The notes beneath the pieces are model-generated. The model did no database searches. It saw only the letters and a program-made list of their open reading frames with translations, and was not told the DNA's origin. This document shows positions 38,173 to 48,112 of a stretch of DNA of 64,000 bases, piece by piece. The stretch is from assembly GCA_964291655.2 (NCBI GenBank), contig OZ219802.1, positions 96,001 through 160,000 on the forward strand, read 5' to 3'. The position numbers and the translations under genes were made by a program. Numbering within the stretch: position 1 is the stretch's first letter; each line of letters begins with the position of its first letter. The stretch comes from Chloroflexota bacterium. Its GTDB lineage: Bacteria; Chloroflexota; UBA11872; VXOZ01.

Positions 38173-38997
38173 TTAACGCGCCGGTACCGCGTGAGATTCG
38201 ACGTAGGTCCGCGGCGCTCTGAGTAATTCAAGGAGGTCGTCAGCAGTCGCGCGTGCCGTTCTGGCCGGCACTCCATTGTCAGGACGCGACACGCTGAGAA
38301 GCTCGTATGGCGGTTCCAGCCAGAACGGCTTGATCGCACTCCGATTTGCCAGCGCGCGCTGCACGCCTGCTTTGATGAGCTTGCGAGCCTTCGTTGGATG
38401 GAGGTGGATTGCCGCGCCGTTGAATTTTCTATTGTCATCGCCGGAAATCCCGGCCGCAGGACCCCGCTGCAATCCCGCCTTCACAGCGGCGGTTTCAATG
38501 TTGGGCACTAGCGCTTTGGCTTCGTCAGCGGCCGCTTGATCTCCGCTCAAGAAGATTGACGGTACGCCAAAGTAAGAGGCAAAGAGAAAGTTGCATCCCA
38601 TTTCGCCGACGGAAACGCCATTGATGGTGAGCTCTTCAACATTGAACGAGCCGGTATGGGCAAGATGACCGCCGTCGGTGTTTGACTTGGCATGTTGTCC
38701 AATGCTGAGCGCGGCGTCAAAGCTATCGTCGCATCCAAAGGGGTAGCCGATGGGCCGACCCGCCAGGAGCTTGGCCTCCGGGTGCAGCAGAATTGGGTCA
38801 ATGGCTTCGTGGCCGTGGCCATCCACGACGAGGATTTCAGTAGCCCCTGCTTCAAGACACGCCTCGATTGCGGCGTTGGTTTCCAGTGTTGTGAGTTCCC
38901 GGCCCCGCTCATAGTAGCGGGAACTCTTGTTGCAATAGTTGTCTGAATCGACAACACCTGCAACCGCTTCCATGTCTGTCATTATGTAAATTTTCAT
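38173..38997 (-). CDS. M55 family D-aminopeptidase (DppA-like)
   Basis: MKIYIMTDMEA, VDGHG, IGQHA, LAHT and LSGD motifs. GGAGG RBS. Confidence 0.9.
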   Translation of the reverse strand: MKIYIMTDMEAVAGVVDSDNYCNKSSRYYERGRELTTLETNAAIEACLEAGATEILVVDGHGHEAIDPILLHPEAKLLAGRPIGYPFGCDDSFDAALSIGQHAKSNTDGGHLAHTGSFNVEELTINGVSVGEMGCNFLFASYFGVPSIFLSGDQAAADEAKALVPNIETAAVKAGLQRGPAAGISGDDNRKFNGAAIHLHPTKARKLIKAGVQRALANRSAIKPFWLEPPYELLSVSRPDNGVPARTARATADDLLELLRAPRTYVESHAVPAR

Positions 38998-39163
38998 GTG
39001 CGTGCCTCCATACGTTGGCAACTGCTGGTTTGGGGACGGTTGCAGCTGTTTCAATAACCCATGCTATTGCAGTTAGCCTACCAAAGAACTTGCACGGAAT
39101 CCAGGATAAAGTTGCAGTTCCCGGTAGGAAAGGTCTTAGCACGTCTCCCCAGTCTCGATTAAA

Positions 39164-39205
39164 CGAGAAACGCCTCTACGTGTAATCCTTGTAGCGGTGT
39201 TTCTC
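39164..39205 (-). terminator. Hairpin after aspS
   Basis: Minus strand gagaaac..ctac...gtag..gtttctc followed by gttt. Confidence 0.45.
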
Positions 39206-39229
39206 TGGCTGCACGTGTTCTAAGAGTAG

Positions 39230-41014
39230 CTATTCCTTGCTTTGGCGCAATGCCAGGTTAACCTCTACCAACTGAGCCTCGGATACAGGCGACGGCGCCT
39301 GTGTCATGAGATCTACCGCCTGCTGGTTCTTGGGGAAAGCAATCGTCTCACGAATGCTCTCCACATCACCGAATATTGCGATGGTGCGGTCGAGGCCCAT
39401 GGCGATACCGCCGTGGGGAGGCACACCGTACGAGAATGCCTCAAGCATGTGTCCGATCTGTTCGTGGATTTGCTCTTTTGTATGTCCCATAGTCAGCCAG
39501 ATCTGCTCAAGGAGGTCTCGCTTGTGCGCGCGGACGCTGCCGCCGCCGACTTCCCAACCGTTGCACACCAGGTCATATTGCAGCGACCGGGCGCTACCGG
39601 GGTCGGCCGTGACGAGATCTTCATCCTCCGGGAACGGTCCACAGAAGGGATTATGGACAAAGCTCCAGCGGCCTTCATCTTCATCCCATTCGAACAGAGG
39701 GAAGTCCACGATCCAGCAGAAGGCGAGCTTACTTGGATTGCGGAGACCAAGACGGTCTCCAATTTCAAGTCGCAATCGGGCGAGCACGGCATTCGCCACG
39801 TCCGGCTGGTCCGCCACAATTAGCACCAGGTCACCAGCTTCCGCGGCAAGCTCCACGGCAATTTGTGCCGTTGCCTCCTCGCCAAGATGCTGCAATACCG
39901 GCGAACGCAGGCCGGAGTCTTCAACGGCTATGGTGACAAGCCCTTTGCCGCCCAGTGAGCGGACGATGTTCGTGAGCTCATCCACTTGCTTGCGCGAGTA
40001 GTGCGCGCAGCCGGGCGCCCGCACGCCCTTTACAACGCCACCCTTGGCCAGCACGTCCTTGAATACGCGGAAGTCGGTTTCTCGCGCCAGATTGGAAACG
40101 TCGACAAGCTCCAGGCCAAAGCGCAGGTCGGGGCAGTCAGTGCCGTACTTCTCCATCGCCTCCGCAAAAGGAATGCGAGGAACAGGCCGCTGTTGAACCG
40201 TCTTTGCGCTGAGTGTGTCGGCGAGTTCCAAGTAGAGACGCTCGATCAAACCCATCACGTCATCGCGATCAACAAATGACATCTCTATGTCAAGCTGAGT
40301 AAACTCAGGTTGGCGATCTGCCCGCGGGTCTTCATCCCGAAAGCAGCGCGCGATCTGAAAATAGCGGTCCATCCCGGAAACCATAAGCAGTTGCTTGAGT
40401 TGCTGGGGTGATTGCGGCAATGCGTAGAACCTGCCTGGGTGAACACGACTAGGCACCAGGTAGTCGCGCGCGCCTTCCGGGGTGCTCTTGAGCAGAATTG
40501 GGGTCTCAATTTCCCAGAAGCCCTCGGCATCCATAAAGTCACGAATAGCCTTGATGAGTTGATGCCGCAGTTTCATTGTGCGCTGCATCTCTTCGCGGCG
40601 CAGGTCCAGATAGCGGTAGCGCAACCGAATTGCCTCATCCACCTCTAGGTCAGGGTTATTGAGGTCGAACGGGGGAGTCTGGGTTGCGGATAGGATTTGC
40701 ACGTCGGTAGCGTGCACCTCGATGTCACCGGTCGGCAAGGTAGAATTTCGCGTGCCATTGGGACGCATCTGCACCGCGCCATTGAGACTGAGCACGAATT
40801 CATTGCGGATTCTGGAGACGATCGATTGAACGTCTGTCGATGCTTGCGGGTCTATGACAACCTGGGTGATGCCGTAGCGATCACGAACGTCTATAAACAC
40901 CACGCCGCCGTGATCCCGGCGCCGATGCACCCACCCGTTCAACGTAACCGTCTGCGCGACGTGTTCTTCCCGTAACTCGCCACACGTATGGGTGCGTTTC
41001 CATGGTTTGCTCAC
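39230..41014 (-). CDS. aspS: Aspartate--tRNA ligase (probably non-discriminating Asp/Asn type)
   Basis: RTHTCGEL, RRDHGG (His typical of ND-AspRS), TPEGARDY, LPQSPQ and PPHGG motifs. Confidence 0.97.
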   Translation of the reverse strand: MSKPWKRTHTCGELREEHVAQTVTLNGWVHRRRDHGGVVFIDVRDRYGITQVVIDPQASTDVQSIVSRIRNEFVLSLNGAVQMRPNGTRNSTLPTGDIEVHATDVQILSATQTPPFDLNNPDLEVDEAIRLRYRYLDLRREEMQRTMKLRHQLIKAIRDFMDAEGFWEIETPILLKSTPEGARDYLVPSRVHPGRFYALPQSPQQLKQLLMVSGMDRYFQIARCFRDEDPRADRQPEFTQLDIEMSFVDRDDVMGLIERLYLELADTLSAKTVQQRPVPRIPFAEAMEKYGTDCPDLRFGLELVDVSNLARETDFRVFKDVLAKGGVVKGVRAPGCAHYSRKQVDELTNIVRSLGGKGLVTIAVEDSGLRSPVLQHLGEEATAQIAVELAAEAGDLVLIVADQPDVANAVLARLRLEIGDRLGLRNPSKLAFCWIVDFPLFEWDEDEGRWSFVHNPFCGPFPEDEDLVTADPGSARSLQYDLVCNGWEVGGGSVRAHKRDLLEQIWLTMGHTKEQIHEQIGHMLEAFSYGVPPHGGIAMGLDRTIAIFGDVESIRETIAFPKNQQAVDLMTQAPSPVSEAQLVEVNLALRQSKE

Positions 41015-41042
41015 GAAAGTATGCTCCTTGGTAAGGGTAAAG

Positions 41043-41067
41043 GGGCTGCCTCATTCAGAGACAACCC
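41043..41067 (-). terminator. Hairpin/terminator immediately upstream of the aspS RBS
   Basis: Minus strand gggttgtctc-tgaat-gaggcagccc (10 bp with two G-U pairs) followed by cttt. Confidence 0.55.
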
Positions 41068-41112
41068 TGGTAGTTCTCAAAGTTAAAATTCCGCCCGGCC
41101 CAAGCGGGTAAG

Positions 41113-41319
41113 CAGTGCGCATGCAGAGACGGCCGGCAGGCTTGCACATCTAGCGGATGAAGTCTCCGTCACCTAACCGGGTTTACACCACATGCAGGCA
41201 AGCCGCAGACGTACCCGTCCGGCGGAGGTACCGGCAGCGCATTACTGCCGCTGCCCCGGTAGCTACAGCTACGGGGCAATGCTCGGTACACCTCGCTTTC
41301 ACGTCTCATGCAAGCACCG
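41113..41319 (-). ncRNA. Candidate multi-branched structured RNA (unassigned)
   Basis: Closing stem plus at least 5 nested helices by hand folding. G-U pairs favour the minus strand. Confidence 0.4.
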
Positions 41320-41345
41320 TGGCATTTGATGAATTGGTAGGCCTA

Positions 41346-43829
41346 TTAAGAAACAACGGCTTCGACGGCATTCTCTAAATGAGCTTGCCGCGGCTGCGCT
41401 GCAAAATGGAGACTCTCTCCCTGTACATCCACGATTACAACAGAGCCTTCAACGAGGTCGCCGTTGAGTAGCATCTTGGCCAGCTTGTTTTCGATTTCGC
41501 GCTGCACATACCTGCGCAAGGGCCGGGCACCATAGTCGTGATCGTACCCATTCTCAACCAGTAGGTCTTTGGCAGCCGGGCTCACGTCCAGTGTGACATC
41601 GCGTTCATCCAAGCGCTGGCGAACTTCAATGAGCATACGCTCGACTACTTCCCGCAACTGCAGCTTATTCAAGTAGTGGAAGACAATAGTCTCATCGATA
41701 CGATTGAGGAACTCAGGCCGGAACGTCTGCCGGAGCTCTCTGTGCAGTTTCGCTTTGATGGATGCAAAGTCTTCCCGTTCCTCGTCTTTGCCGCCGGGTT
41801 GGAAGCCCAGCACTCCGTTGGTGCTGAGCAAATTCGCACCGACGTTGGACGTCATTATGATAACGGTGTTGCGGAAGTCGACAACATGCCCATGGCCGTC
41901 CGTCAAGCGCCCATCTTCCATAACTTGCAGCAAGGTATTGTAGACGTCGGTGTGTGCCTTCTCAATCTCATCGAAGAGCACCACCCGATAGGGACGCCGT
42001 CGGACCGCTTCCGTCAGCTGACCACCCTCTTCAAACCCAACATAGCCCGGAGGCGCGCCAATGAGGCGGCTCACACTGTGGCGCTCTCGATACTCTGACA
42101 TGTCGATGCGCACCAAGGCGTCTTCATCATCAAACATGAATTCGGCGAGCGCGCGGGCGAGTTCGGTCTTGCCAACTCCCGTGGGGCCCACAAAGAGAAA
42201 GCTTCCGATAGGACGCTTGGGATTCGCCAGGCCGGAGCGAGAACGACGAATTGCTTCGGATACGGCCACGATCGCCTCTTCCTGATTGACGATGCGCGTA
42301 TGGAGCTCCTGTTCCATCTGCAGGAGTTTCTCAGTTTCCTCCTGAAAAAGCTGGGCCACCGGGATTCCCGTCCATTTTGCCAGCACCTCTGCGACGTCTT
42401 TTGCGCCAACGTCATCGCGTATCGCCTGGCTGCCGAGCCACTCTTTGCGAGCCGTCTCGTACGCTTCTCGCTGCCGCAGGTGCTCAGTACGATAGTTGGC
42501 AGCCTTCTCGTAGTCCCGATTCTGCCAGGCCGTTTCCTCTTCCTGTTCACACTGCTTCAGTCTATTCTCCAGCTCCTTGATATCTGCCGGCATGCTGAAG
42601 ATTTCCATGCGCACTTTTGCCGCCGCTTCGTCAATGAGGTCGATCGCTTTGTCCGGCAAGAAACGTTCAGTAAGATACCGATGCGATAGCTTCGCCGCAG
42701 CGGTCAAAGCGCTGTCTTCCACTTTCAGCCCGTGGTGTTCTTCGTACTTGTCTCGTAGGCCCTGCAAGATCGCGATTGTGTCCTCAACAGAAGGTTCTTC
42801 AACATAGACCGGCTGGAAGCGCCGCTCGAGAGCGGAGTCTTTTTCGATATGGCGACGGTACTCATCCAAGGTCGTCGCGCCGACAACCTGCAGTTCACCC
42901 CGCGCTAGAGTGGGCTTGAGGATGTTTGCCGCGTCAATAGCGCCTTCAGCACCGCCCGCGCCGACCACGGTGTGAAGTTCGTCGATGAACAGGATGACCT
43001 CGCGCTTGGCCTTCTGCACTTCATCGACGACACCTTTGAGACGTTCTTCGAACTCGCCTCGAAACTTCGCGCCTGCGAGCAGCGCGGCCATGTCCAAAGC
43101 GATGACACGTTTATCCCGCAATTGCTCCGGGACATCTCCGTTTACGATGCGTTGGGCCAGCCCTTCCACAATTGCCGTCTTGCCGACGCCGGGCTCCCCC
43201 ATGAGAACGGGGTTATTCTTGGTGCGCCGGGAAAGGACCTGCATCACGCGACGAATCTCTTCATCCCTGCCAATGACGGGATCGAGGTTTTCATCCCGCG
43301 CAAATTGTGTCAGGTCCAAGCCATAGCGTTCGAGCATACGGTACTTAGACTCTGCCTCGGGATCTGTAACTCGATGAGAACCGCGCACCTTCACCATTGC
43401 CTGATAGATTTTCTCGCGATCGATGCCGGCTTCCCGCAAGATACGGTAGGCATCTCCTTCCTCAATGCCGGATATCGCGATCAAGAGATGCTCGGTCCCG
43501 ACGTATTCATCTTTGAGGCGGACTGCTTCTTTCTCAGCCAACTCAAGCACGCGCTGGGCACGCGGCGTCAGATAGTACTGCGCTTGTCCGCCTTGCCCGA
43601 ATGACACGTGCGGCCGCGGCCGCAACGACATTTCCAAGCCTTGCTCAAGTTGCGCGACATCCACACCTAACGTGCCCAGCATCTGGGGTACGAGGCCGTC
43701 TTGTTGTCTGAGAAGCGCCAGCATGATGTGTTCAGTGTCAAGCTGATTGTGGTTATGCTGGAGCATTGTCTCTTGGGCTTTTGCAAGCGCTTCTTGCGCC
43801 TTTGTCGTGAAACGGTCATTCCACGCCAT
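41346..43829 (-). CDS. clpC: ATP-dependent Clp protease ATP-binding subunit ClpC
   Basis: Clp-N repeats, two Walker A motifs ([16 protein letters not shown]), short UVR-type middle domain (DYEKAANYR), LGF ClpP-docking loop. Confidence 0.9.
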   Translation of the reverse strand: MAWNDRFTTKAQEALAKAQETMLQHNHNQLDTEHIMLALLRQQDGLVPQMLGTLGVDVAQLEQGLEMSLRPRPHVSFGQGGQAQYYLTPRAQRVLELAEKEAVRLKDEYVGTEHLLIAISGIEEGDAYRILREAGIDREKIYQAMVKVRGSHRVTDPEAESKYRMLERYGLDLTQFARDENLDPVIGRDEEIRRVMQVLSRRTKNNPVLMGEPGVGKTAIVEGLAQRIVNGDVPEQLRDKRVIALDMAALLAGAKFRGEFEERLKGVVDEVQKAKREVILFIDELHTVVGAGGAEGAIDAANILKPTLARGELQVVGATTLDEYRRHIEKDSALERRFQPVYVEEPSVEDTIAILQGLRDKYEEHHGLKVEDSALTAAAKLSHRYLTERFLPDKAIDLIDEAAAKVRMEIFSMPADIKELENRLKQCEQEEETAWQNRDYEKAANYRTEHLRQREAYETARKEWLGSQAIRDDVGAKDVAEVLAKWTGIPVAQLFQEETEKLLQMEQELHTRIVNQEEAIVAVSEAIRRSRSGLANPKRPIGSFLFVGPTGVGKTELARALAEFMFDDEDALVRIDMSEYRERHSVSRLIGAPPGYVGFEEGGQLTEAVRRRPYRVVLFDEIEKAHTDVYNTLLQVMEDGRLTDGHGHVVDFRNTVIIMTSNVGANLLSTNGVLGFQPGGKDEEREDFASIKAKLHRELRQTFRPEFLNRIDETIVFHYLNKLQLREVVERMLIEVRQRLDERDVTLDVSPAAKDLLVENGYDHDYGARPLRRYVQREIENKLAKMLLNGDLVEGSVVIVDVQGESLHFAAQPRQAHLENAVEAVVS

Positions 43830-43960
43830 GATTCATCGTCCTTTTCGTTCCGCCTCCTCAATTGCATTGGGAAGCGATAGTTCTCTCCGAGGATTGCTTG
43901 CGCCTTTCTAAAGGAAACAGGCGCCGTCAAAGGGGAGTTTAGCTCTTTGCCTCGTTGCTT

Positions 43961-44323
43961 CTAGTAGTTTCGCGTCACTCGTTGCAACAAACCCTTTAGC
44001 CGAGCAATCTCTGCTTCATACTGTTCTCGCTGTGCGGCGAGTTTCTCATCCATTTCTTGCTGGAGTCTTTCCATGCGCTCGGTGATATTGAGGATTACCT
44101 CTACCCCGGCGAGATTAACGCCAAGGTCATTTACGAGGCGCTGGATCTGCTCCATTCTCTCCAAGTCGGCGTGTGAGTACAGCCGTACATTGCCCTTCGA
44201 GCGACGAGGTTTAACTAATCCGAGACGCTCGTAGTGTCGCAGCGTTTGGGGATGGACACGCAGCACTTCAGCTACGACACCGATTGCAAAGAATGGCCCC
44301 TCGCCTTCGAAGCGGATGTTCAT
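43961..44323 (-). CDS. hspR: Heat-shock transcriptional repressor HspR (MerR family)
   Basis: IGVVAEVLRVHPQTLRHYERLGLVKP and LGVNLAGVEVIL motifs. Follows dnaJ. Confidence 0.9.
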   Translation of the reverse strand: MNIRFEGEGPFFAIGVVAEVLRVHPQTLRHYERLGLVKPRRSKGNVRLYSHADLERMEQIQRLVNDLGVNLAGVEVILNITERMERLQQEMDEKLAAQREQYEAEIARLKGLLQRVTRNY

Positions 44324-44375
44324 GAAATCCCTCAATCTCTCAGAGCAGCCTTGCCGCCATTCCCACACGTACCAC

Positions 44376-45389
44376 TTAGGCAGTTACCGGGCTACCCTTG
44401 CGAAGTTGCGCTAATTCTGCAAAGAGCTCTTTTTCGCGAGGAGTTAGTCCCTTTGGCAAGCGAACCTGCACCCGTACGTATAGACTGCCGCGCTCGCCGC
44501 TCTTTAGTCGTGGCATGCCTTGGCCGGCAAGACGAAATATCTGACTGTTTTGAGTCTCAACCGGAATGCGCATTACGACGCTGTTGCCGTCTGGCATCGG
44601 AACCTCTACTTCAGCGCCCAGGACCGCGTCAACCAGGTCCACTTGTACATTCACGTGCAAGTCGTCCGATTTCAATTCAAAGCGAGGGTCCACGGCAATC
44701 TTCACAATCAAATACAGGTTGCCGCGTACTCCATTCTTTCCAGGATGTCCTTCTCCCGCGACTCGGATACGAGAGCCTTCACGCACACCGGCCGGGATCT
44801 TTACGTCGAGCCGGCGCTGCCTCACTCGTGTGCCACTACCCCGGCACTCCGTGCACACCATATTCTCCGTGCGCCCGAGACCGGAACACATGGGACATTG
44901 AACCGGGACTTGCAGGGTAAAAGTGCGGTTGGTGCCGGCGTAGGCTTCTGCGAGCGTGACCTCGATCTCTTGTTCTAAGTCTCGGCCTAGTTGATCACCT
45001 GAACGCTGTGCACGACCGAAGAGCGACTCGAAAAAGTCTGAGAAACCGCCGGGCCCAACGTTGCCGCGACCGAAGCGATCGAAGTCGATGCCGCCGAGCC
45101 CACCTAGGTCAAAGGGGAAACCGTCACCAGCGCCGGTCCGGGCATGCGTTTGCCAGGAACGACCAGACTGATGTGCTGTCCGCACCTGATCGTAGCGCGC
45201 CCGCTTCTTCTCATCCCGGAGCGCCTCATACGCTTCATTTATCTCTTTGAAGCGGTTCTCTGCGCCAACGTCACCAGGGTTCACGTCCGGATGATACTTG
45301 CGGGCAAGCCGCCGATAGGTCTCCTTTATTTCCTTCGTCGAGGACTTTGGCGTAACGCCCAGTACCTTGTAGTAGTCCTTGAACTCCAT
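44376..45389 (-). CDS. dnaJ: DnaJ-family co-chaperone with a single zinc centre
   Basis: J-domain HPD, G/F-rich region, two CxxCxGxG motifs, DnaJ C-terminal domain. Confidence 0.92.
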   Translation of the reverse strand: MEFKDYYKVLGVTPKSSTKEIKETYRRLARKYHPDVNPGDVGAENRFKEINEAYEALRDEKKRARYDQVRTAHQSGRSWQTHARTGAGDGFPFDLGGLGGIDFDRFGRGNVGPGGFSDFFESLFGRAQRSGDQLGRDLEQEIEVTLAEAYAGTNRTFTLQVPVQCPMCSGLGRTENMVCTECRGSGTRVRQRRLDVKIPAGVREGSRIRVAGEGHPGKNGVRGNLYLIVKIAVDPRFELKSDDLHVNVQVDLVDAVLGAEVEVPMPDGNSVVMRIPVETQNSQIFRLAGQGMPRLKSGERGSLYVRVQVRLPKGLTPREKELFAELAQLRKGSPVTA

Positions 45390-45443
45390 TGCACTCTCTT
45401 TACAGCGCAGGGTGCAACGCTAAGCTGCAAAACCTGGCGCCGT

Positions 45444-46091
45444 CTATGTTGTCTCCATCGAGTCCTCATCCGCTTGGCGAGTCTGCGCCACCCGGACTCT
45501 CGCGGGACGCAGTACCGCGTCGCCAAACAGATAGCCGGTCTGGATTTCGCCAACGACCATATCTGCACCCTCGTCGCCCTGTACCGGCTGCACTTCTACA
45601 GCTTCGTGAAAACGTGGATCGAAGAGCTCTCCCACCGCCGAAATTCGCTTTACTTCCTGACTCTCCAGCGCATCGTGAAGCTGCACGAGGGTCATGCGAA
45701 CTCCGGTGAGTAAGTCTTCAACAGTATTAACCTGATGCTGCTCCTGATATGCAACTGCTCTCTCAAGGTTGTCGACAACTGGCAGGATAGCGTAGAAAAT
45801 CTGCTTCTGACCGTCGCGGACACCCTCTGCGATGAATTGGACAGATCTCCTGCGGTAATTCTCTAAATCGGCCCGCGCACGCAGGAACCTATCCTTGTAC
45901 ATTTCGGCTTCCTGCGTCGCAGCAGCAAGTTGCTCTTCCAACGTTGTCTCTGAGCTGGGTTCTTCTATTGGGACATCTTCATCGGCTTCACAGGCTGGCG
46001 AGCCCTGAACTTCCTCATCCCACCCCGGAGAAGCAGCGCAGACTTCCGGGGTTCCCCTACCTGACTGTTCGCTTTGTTGAGACTGTGCCAC
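45444..46091 (-). CDS. grpE: Nucleotide exchange factor GrpE
   Basis: RARADLENYRRR, FDPRFHEAV and GYLFGDAVLRPARVRV motifs. Confidence 0.96.
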   Translation of the reverse strand: MAQSQQSEQSGRGTPEVCAASPGWDEEVQGSPACEADEDVPIEEPSSETTLEEQLAAATQEAEMYKDRFLRARADLENYRRRSVQFIAEGVRDGQKQIFYAILPVVDNLERAVAYQEQHQVNTVEDLLTGVRMTLVQLHDALESQEVKRISAVGELFDPRFHEAVEVQPVQGDEGADMVVGEIQTGYLFGDAVLRPARVRVAQTRQADEDSMETT

Positions 46092-46139
46092 GAGATTCCT
46101 ACCTCCCAGAGAGCGGTGGCTGATTAAGGCGCCGCTGTG

Positions 46140-48107
46140 CTACCGCTTCTCACTGTCTGACGCTTCCGCCTTACCGTCAGCTTCCGATTCATCTGTGGCA
46201 CGGAATTCAGCATCGACGACACTGTCGTCCGTAGTTTCGGTGCTGCCTTCTTGCGCACTTGCGGCAGCGCCAACCGGATCGCCGTCTTCACCTTGCGCGG
46301 CGCCGGCCTTGGCATACATGGCCTCACCAATCTTCAAAGACGCTTGCTCCACCTCTTCCACCGCCGCGTTGATGCTGGTTGCATCATCGCCCTTCAGTGC
46401 CTCGCGCAGTCTTTCCAGCGCTTCCTCGACAGCCGTGCGGTCTTCCTCCGGCACCTCGTCGCCGAGGTCCTTGAGCGTTCGTTCCGTTTGATACAGGAGC
46501 GTGTCCGCGCGGTTTCGCAATTCTACTTCCTCTGCCCGGGCGCGGTCGTCGTCGGCATGCTCTTCGGCTTCCTTGACCATCTGGTCCACCTGCTCCTTGC
46601 TGAGCGTGGTGGAGGCGTGGATAGTCACATTTTGCTCTTTGCCGCTGCCCAAGTCCTTGGCCGTTACGTTCAAAATGCCATTGGCGTCGATATCAAACGT
46701 GACTTCAACCTGTGGTACGCCGCGCGGCGCAGGCGGGATACCCTCCAGGCGGAACTGGCCTAACAGCATGTTGTCTTTCGCCATTGGGCGTTCGCCCTGG
46801 AAGACCATGATGTCTACGGCATTCTGACCGTCTTGCGCGGTCGAGAAAATCTCGCCCTTCCGGGTCGGCACAGTAGTGTTGCGCTCGATCATCTTCGTAA
46901 AGACTCCTCCGAGCGTCTCGACACCAAGACTTAATGGTGTTACGTCAAGTAGGACGACGTCCTGCACCTCGCCACCGAGCACGCCGGCCTGGATAGCCGC
47001 GCCAACGGCCACAACTTCATCCGGATTGACGCCTTGGTGGGGGTCTTTGCCGATCAGCTTCTTGACCAGTTCTTGAATCACCGGCATGCGAGTTGCGCCA
47101 CCCACGAGCACCACTTCATCAATGTCATTGGGGCCAAGCGCGGCATCACTCAATGCCTGCTGAAAGGGCCTCTGGGTACGCTCCGTCAGCGAAGCGGTCA
47201 GGTCTTCGAACCGGGCGCGCGTTAGGGTGTGGGACAAGTGCTTTGGACCATTCTGGTCGGCGGTGATGTATGGCAGATTGATCTCTGTCTGGACCATTGT
47301 GGAAAGCTCAACCTTGGCCTTCTCCGCAGCTTCGATCAAACGTTGCAGTGCCTGCCGGTCCTTGCGCAGGTCAATTCCTTCATCGCTCTGAAACTGCTCT
47401 GCGAGATGGCTGACGATCTTGTCGTCGTAGTCGTCACCGCCGAGATGGGTATCCCCCGCCGTAGACTTGACCTCAAACACGCCATCGCCAACTTCAAGAA
47501 TCGAGACGTCAAACGTTCCTCCGCCCAAGTCCCAGACCAGAATAGTCTCTGTAGTTTTCTTCTCCAGACCATACGCGAGAGATGCGGCGGTGGGCTCATT
47601 GATAATGCGCAGCACCTCAAGGCCGGCAATCTGGCCCGCATTTTTCGTGGCCTGCCGCTGGCTGTCATTGAAGTACGCCGGCACGGTGATTACGGCCTGC
47701 GTGACCTCCTCACCGAGATATTTCTCGGCGTCGCCCTTGAGCTTCTGCAGGATCATCGCGGCGATTTCTTCCGGCGTAAAGTCCCTGCCCAGAGCCGGAA
47801 CCGCAACTCGCGCTTCCCCTTTTGGGCCCTTCGTAATCGTGTAAGCAACCAGTCGGTTTTCGTTCTGCACTTCATCTTGGCGATGGCCCATGAAACGCTT
47901 GATAGAAGATACCGTATTTTCCGGATTCAGCACGGCTTGGCGTCGTGCCAATTGGCCTACCAGGCGCTCTTCACCCTTGGTGAAAGCCACCACAGAAGGG
48001 CAGAGGTCTCCACCTTCCGAAGTTGGGATGACTACGGGGTCACCACCCTCCATCACTGCGACCACAGAGTTGGTCGTGCCTAGGTCTATACCAATGATTT
48101 TGCCCAT
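46140..48107 (-). CDS. dnaK: Chaperone DnaK
   Basis: [27 protein letters not shown] and NPDEVVA motifs. Confidence 0.99.
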   Translation of the reverse strand: MGKIIGIDLGTTNSVVAVMEGGDPVVIPTSEGGDLCPSVVAFTKGEERLVGQLARRQAVLNPENTVSSIKRFMGHRQDEVQNENRLVAYTITKGPKGEARVAVPALGRDFTPEEIAAMILQKLKGDAEKYLGEEVTQAVITVPAYFNDSQRQATKNAGQIAGLEVLRIINEPTAASLAYGLEKKTTETILVWDLGGGTFDVSILEVGDGVFEVKSTAGDTHLGGDDYDDKIVSHLAEQFQSDEGIDLRKDRQALQRLIEAAEKAKVELSTMVQTEINLPYITADQNGPKHLSHTLTRARFEDLTASLTERTQRPFQQALSDAALGPNDIDEVVLVGGATRMPVIQELVKKLIGKDPHQGVNPDEVVAVGAAIQAGVLGGEVQDVVLLDVTPLSLGVETLGGVFTKMIERNTTVPTRKGEIFSTAQDGQNAVDIMVFQGERPMAKDNMLLGQFRLEGIPPAPRGVPQVEVTFDIDANGILNVTAKDLGSGKEQNVTIHASTTLSKEQVDQMVKEAEEHADDDRARAEEVELRNRADTLLYQTERTLKDLGDEVPEEDRTAVEEALERLREALKGDDATSINAAVEEVEQASLKIGEAMYAKAGAAQGEDGDPVGAAASAQEGSTETTDDSVVDAEFRATDESEADGKAEASDSEKR

Positions 48108-48112
48108 ACTCG

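Noticed and set aside
41020-41340. T-box, SRP RNA, RNase P, raiA motif or group II intron upstream of aspS
   Set aside because: No GGTGGNACC, no CAGG..GGAA..AGCAG, no GAGGAAAGTCC and no domain V. Only short fragmentary resemblances. Kept as an unassigned RNA.
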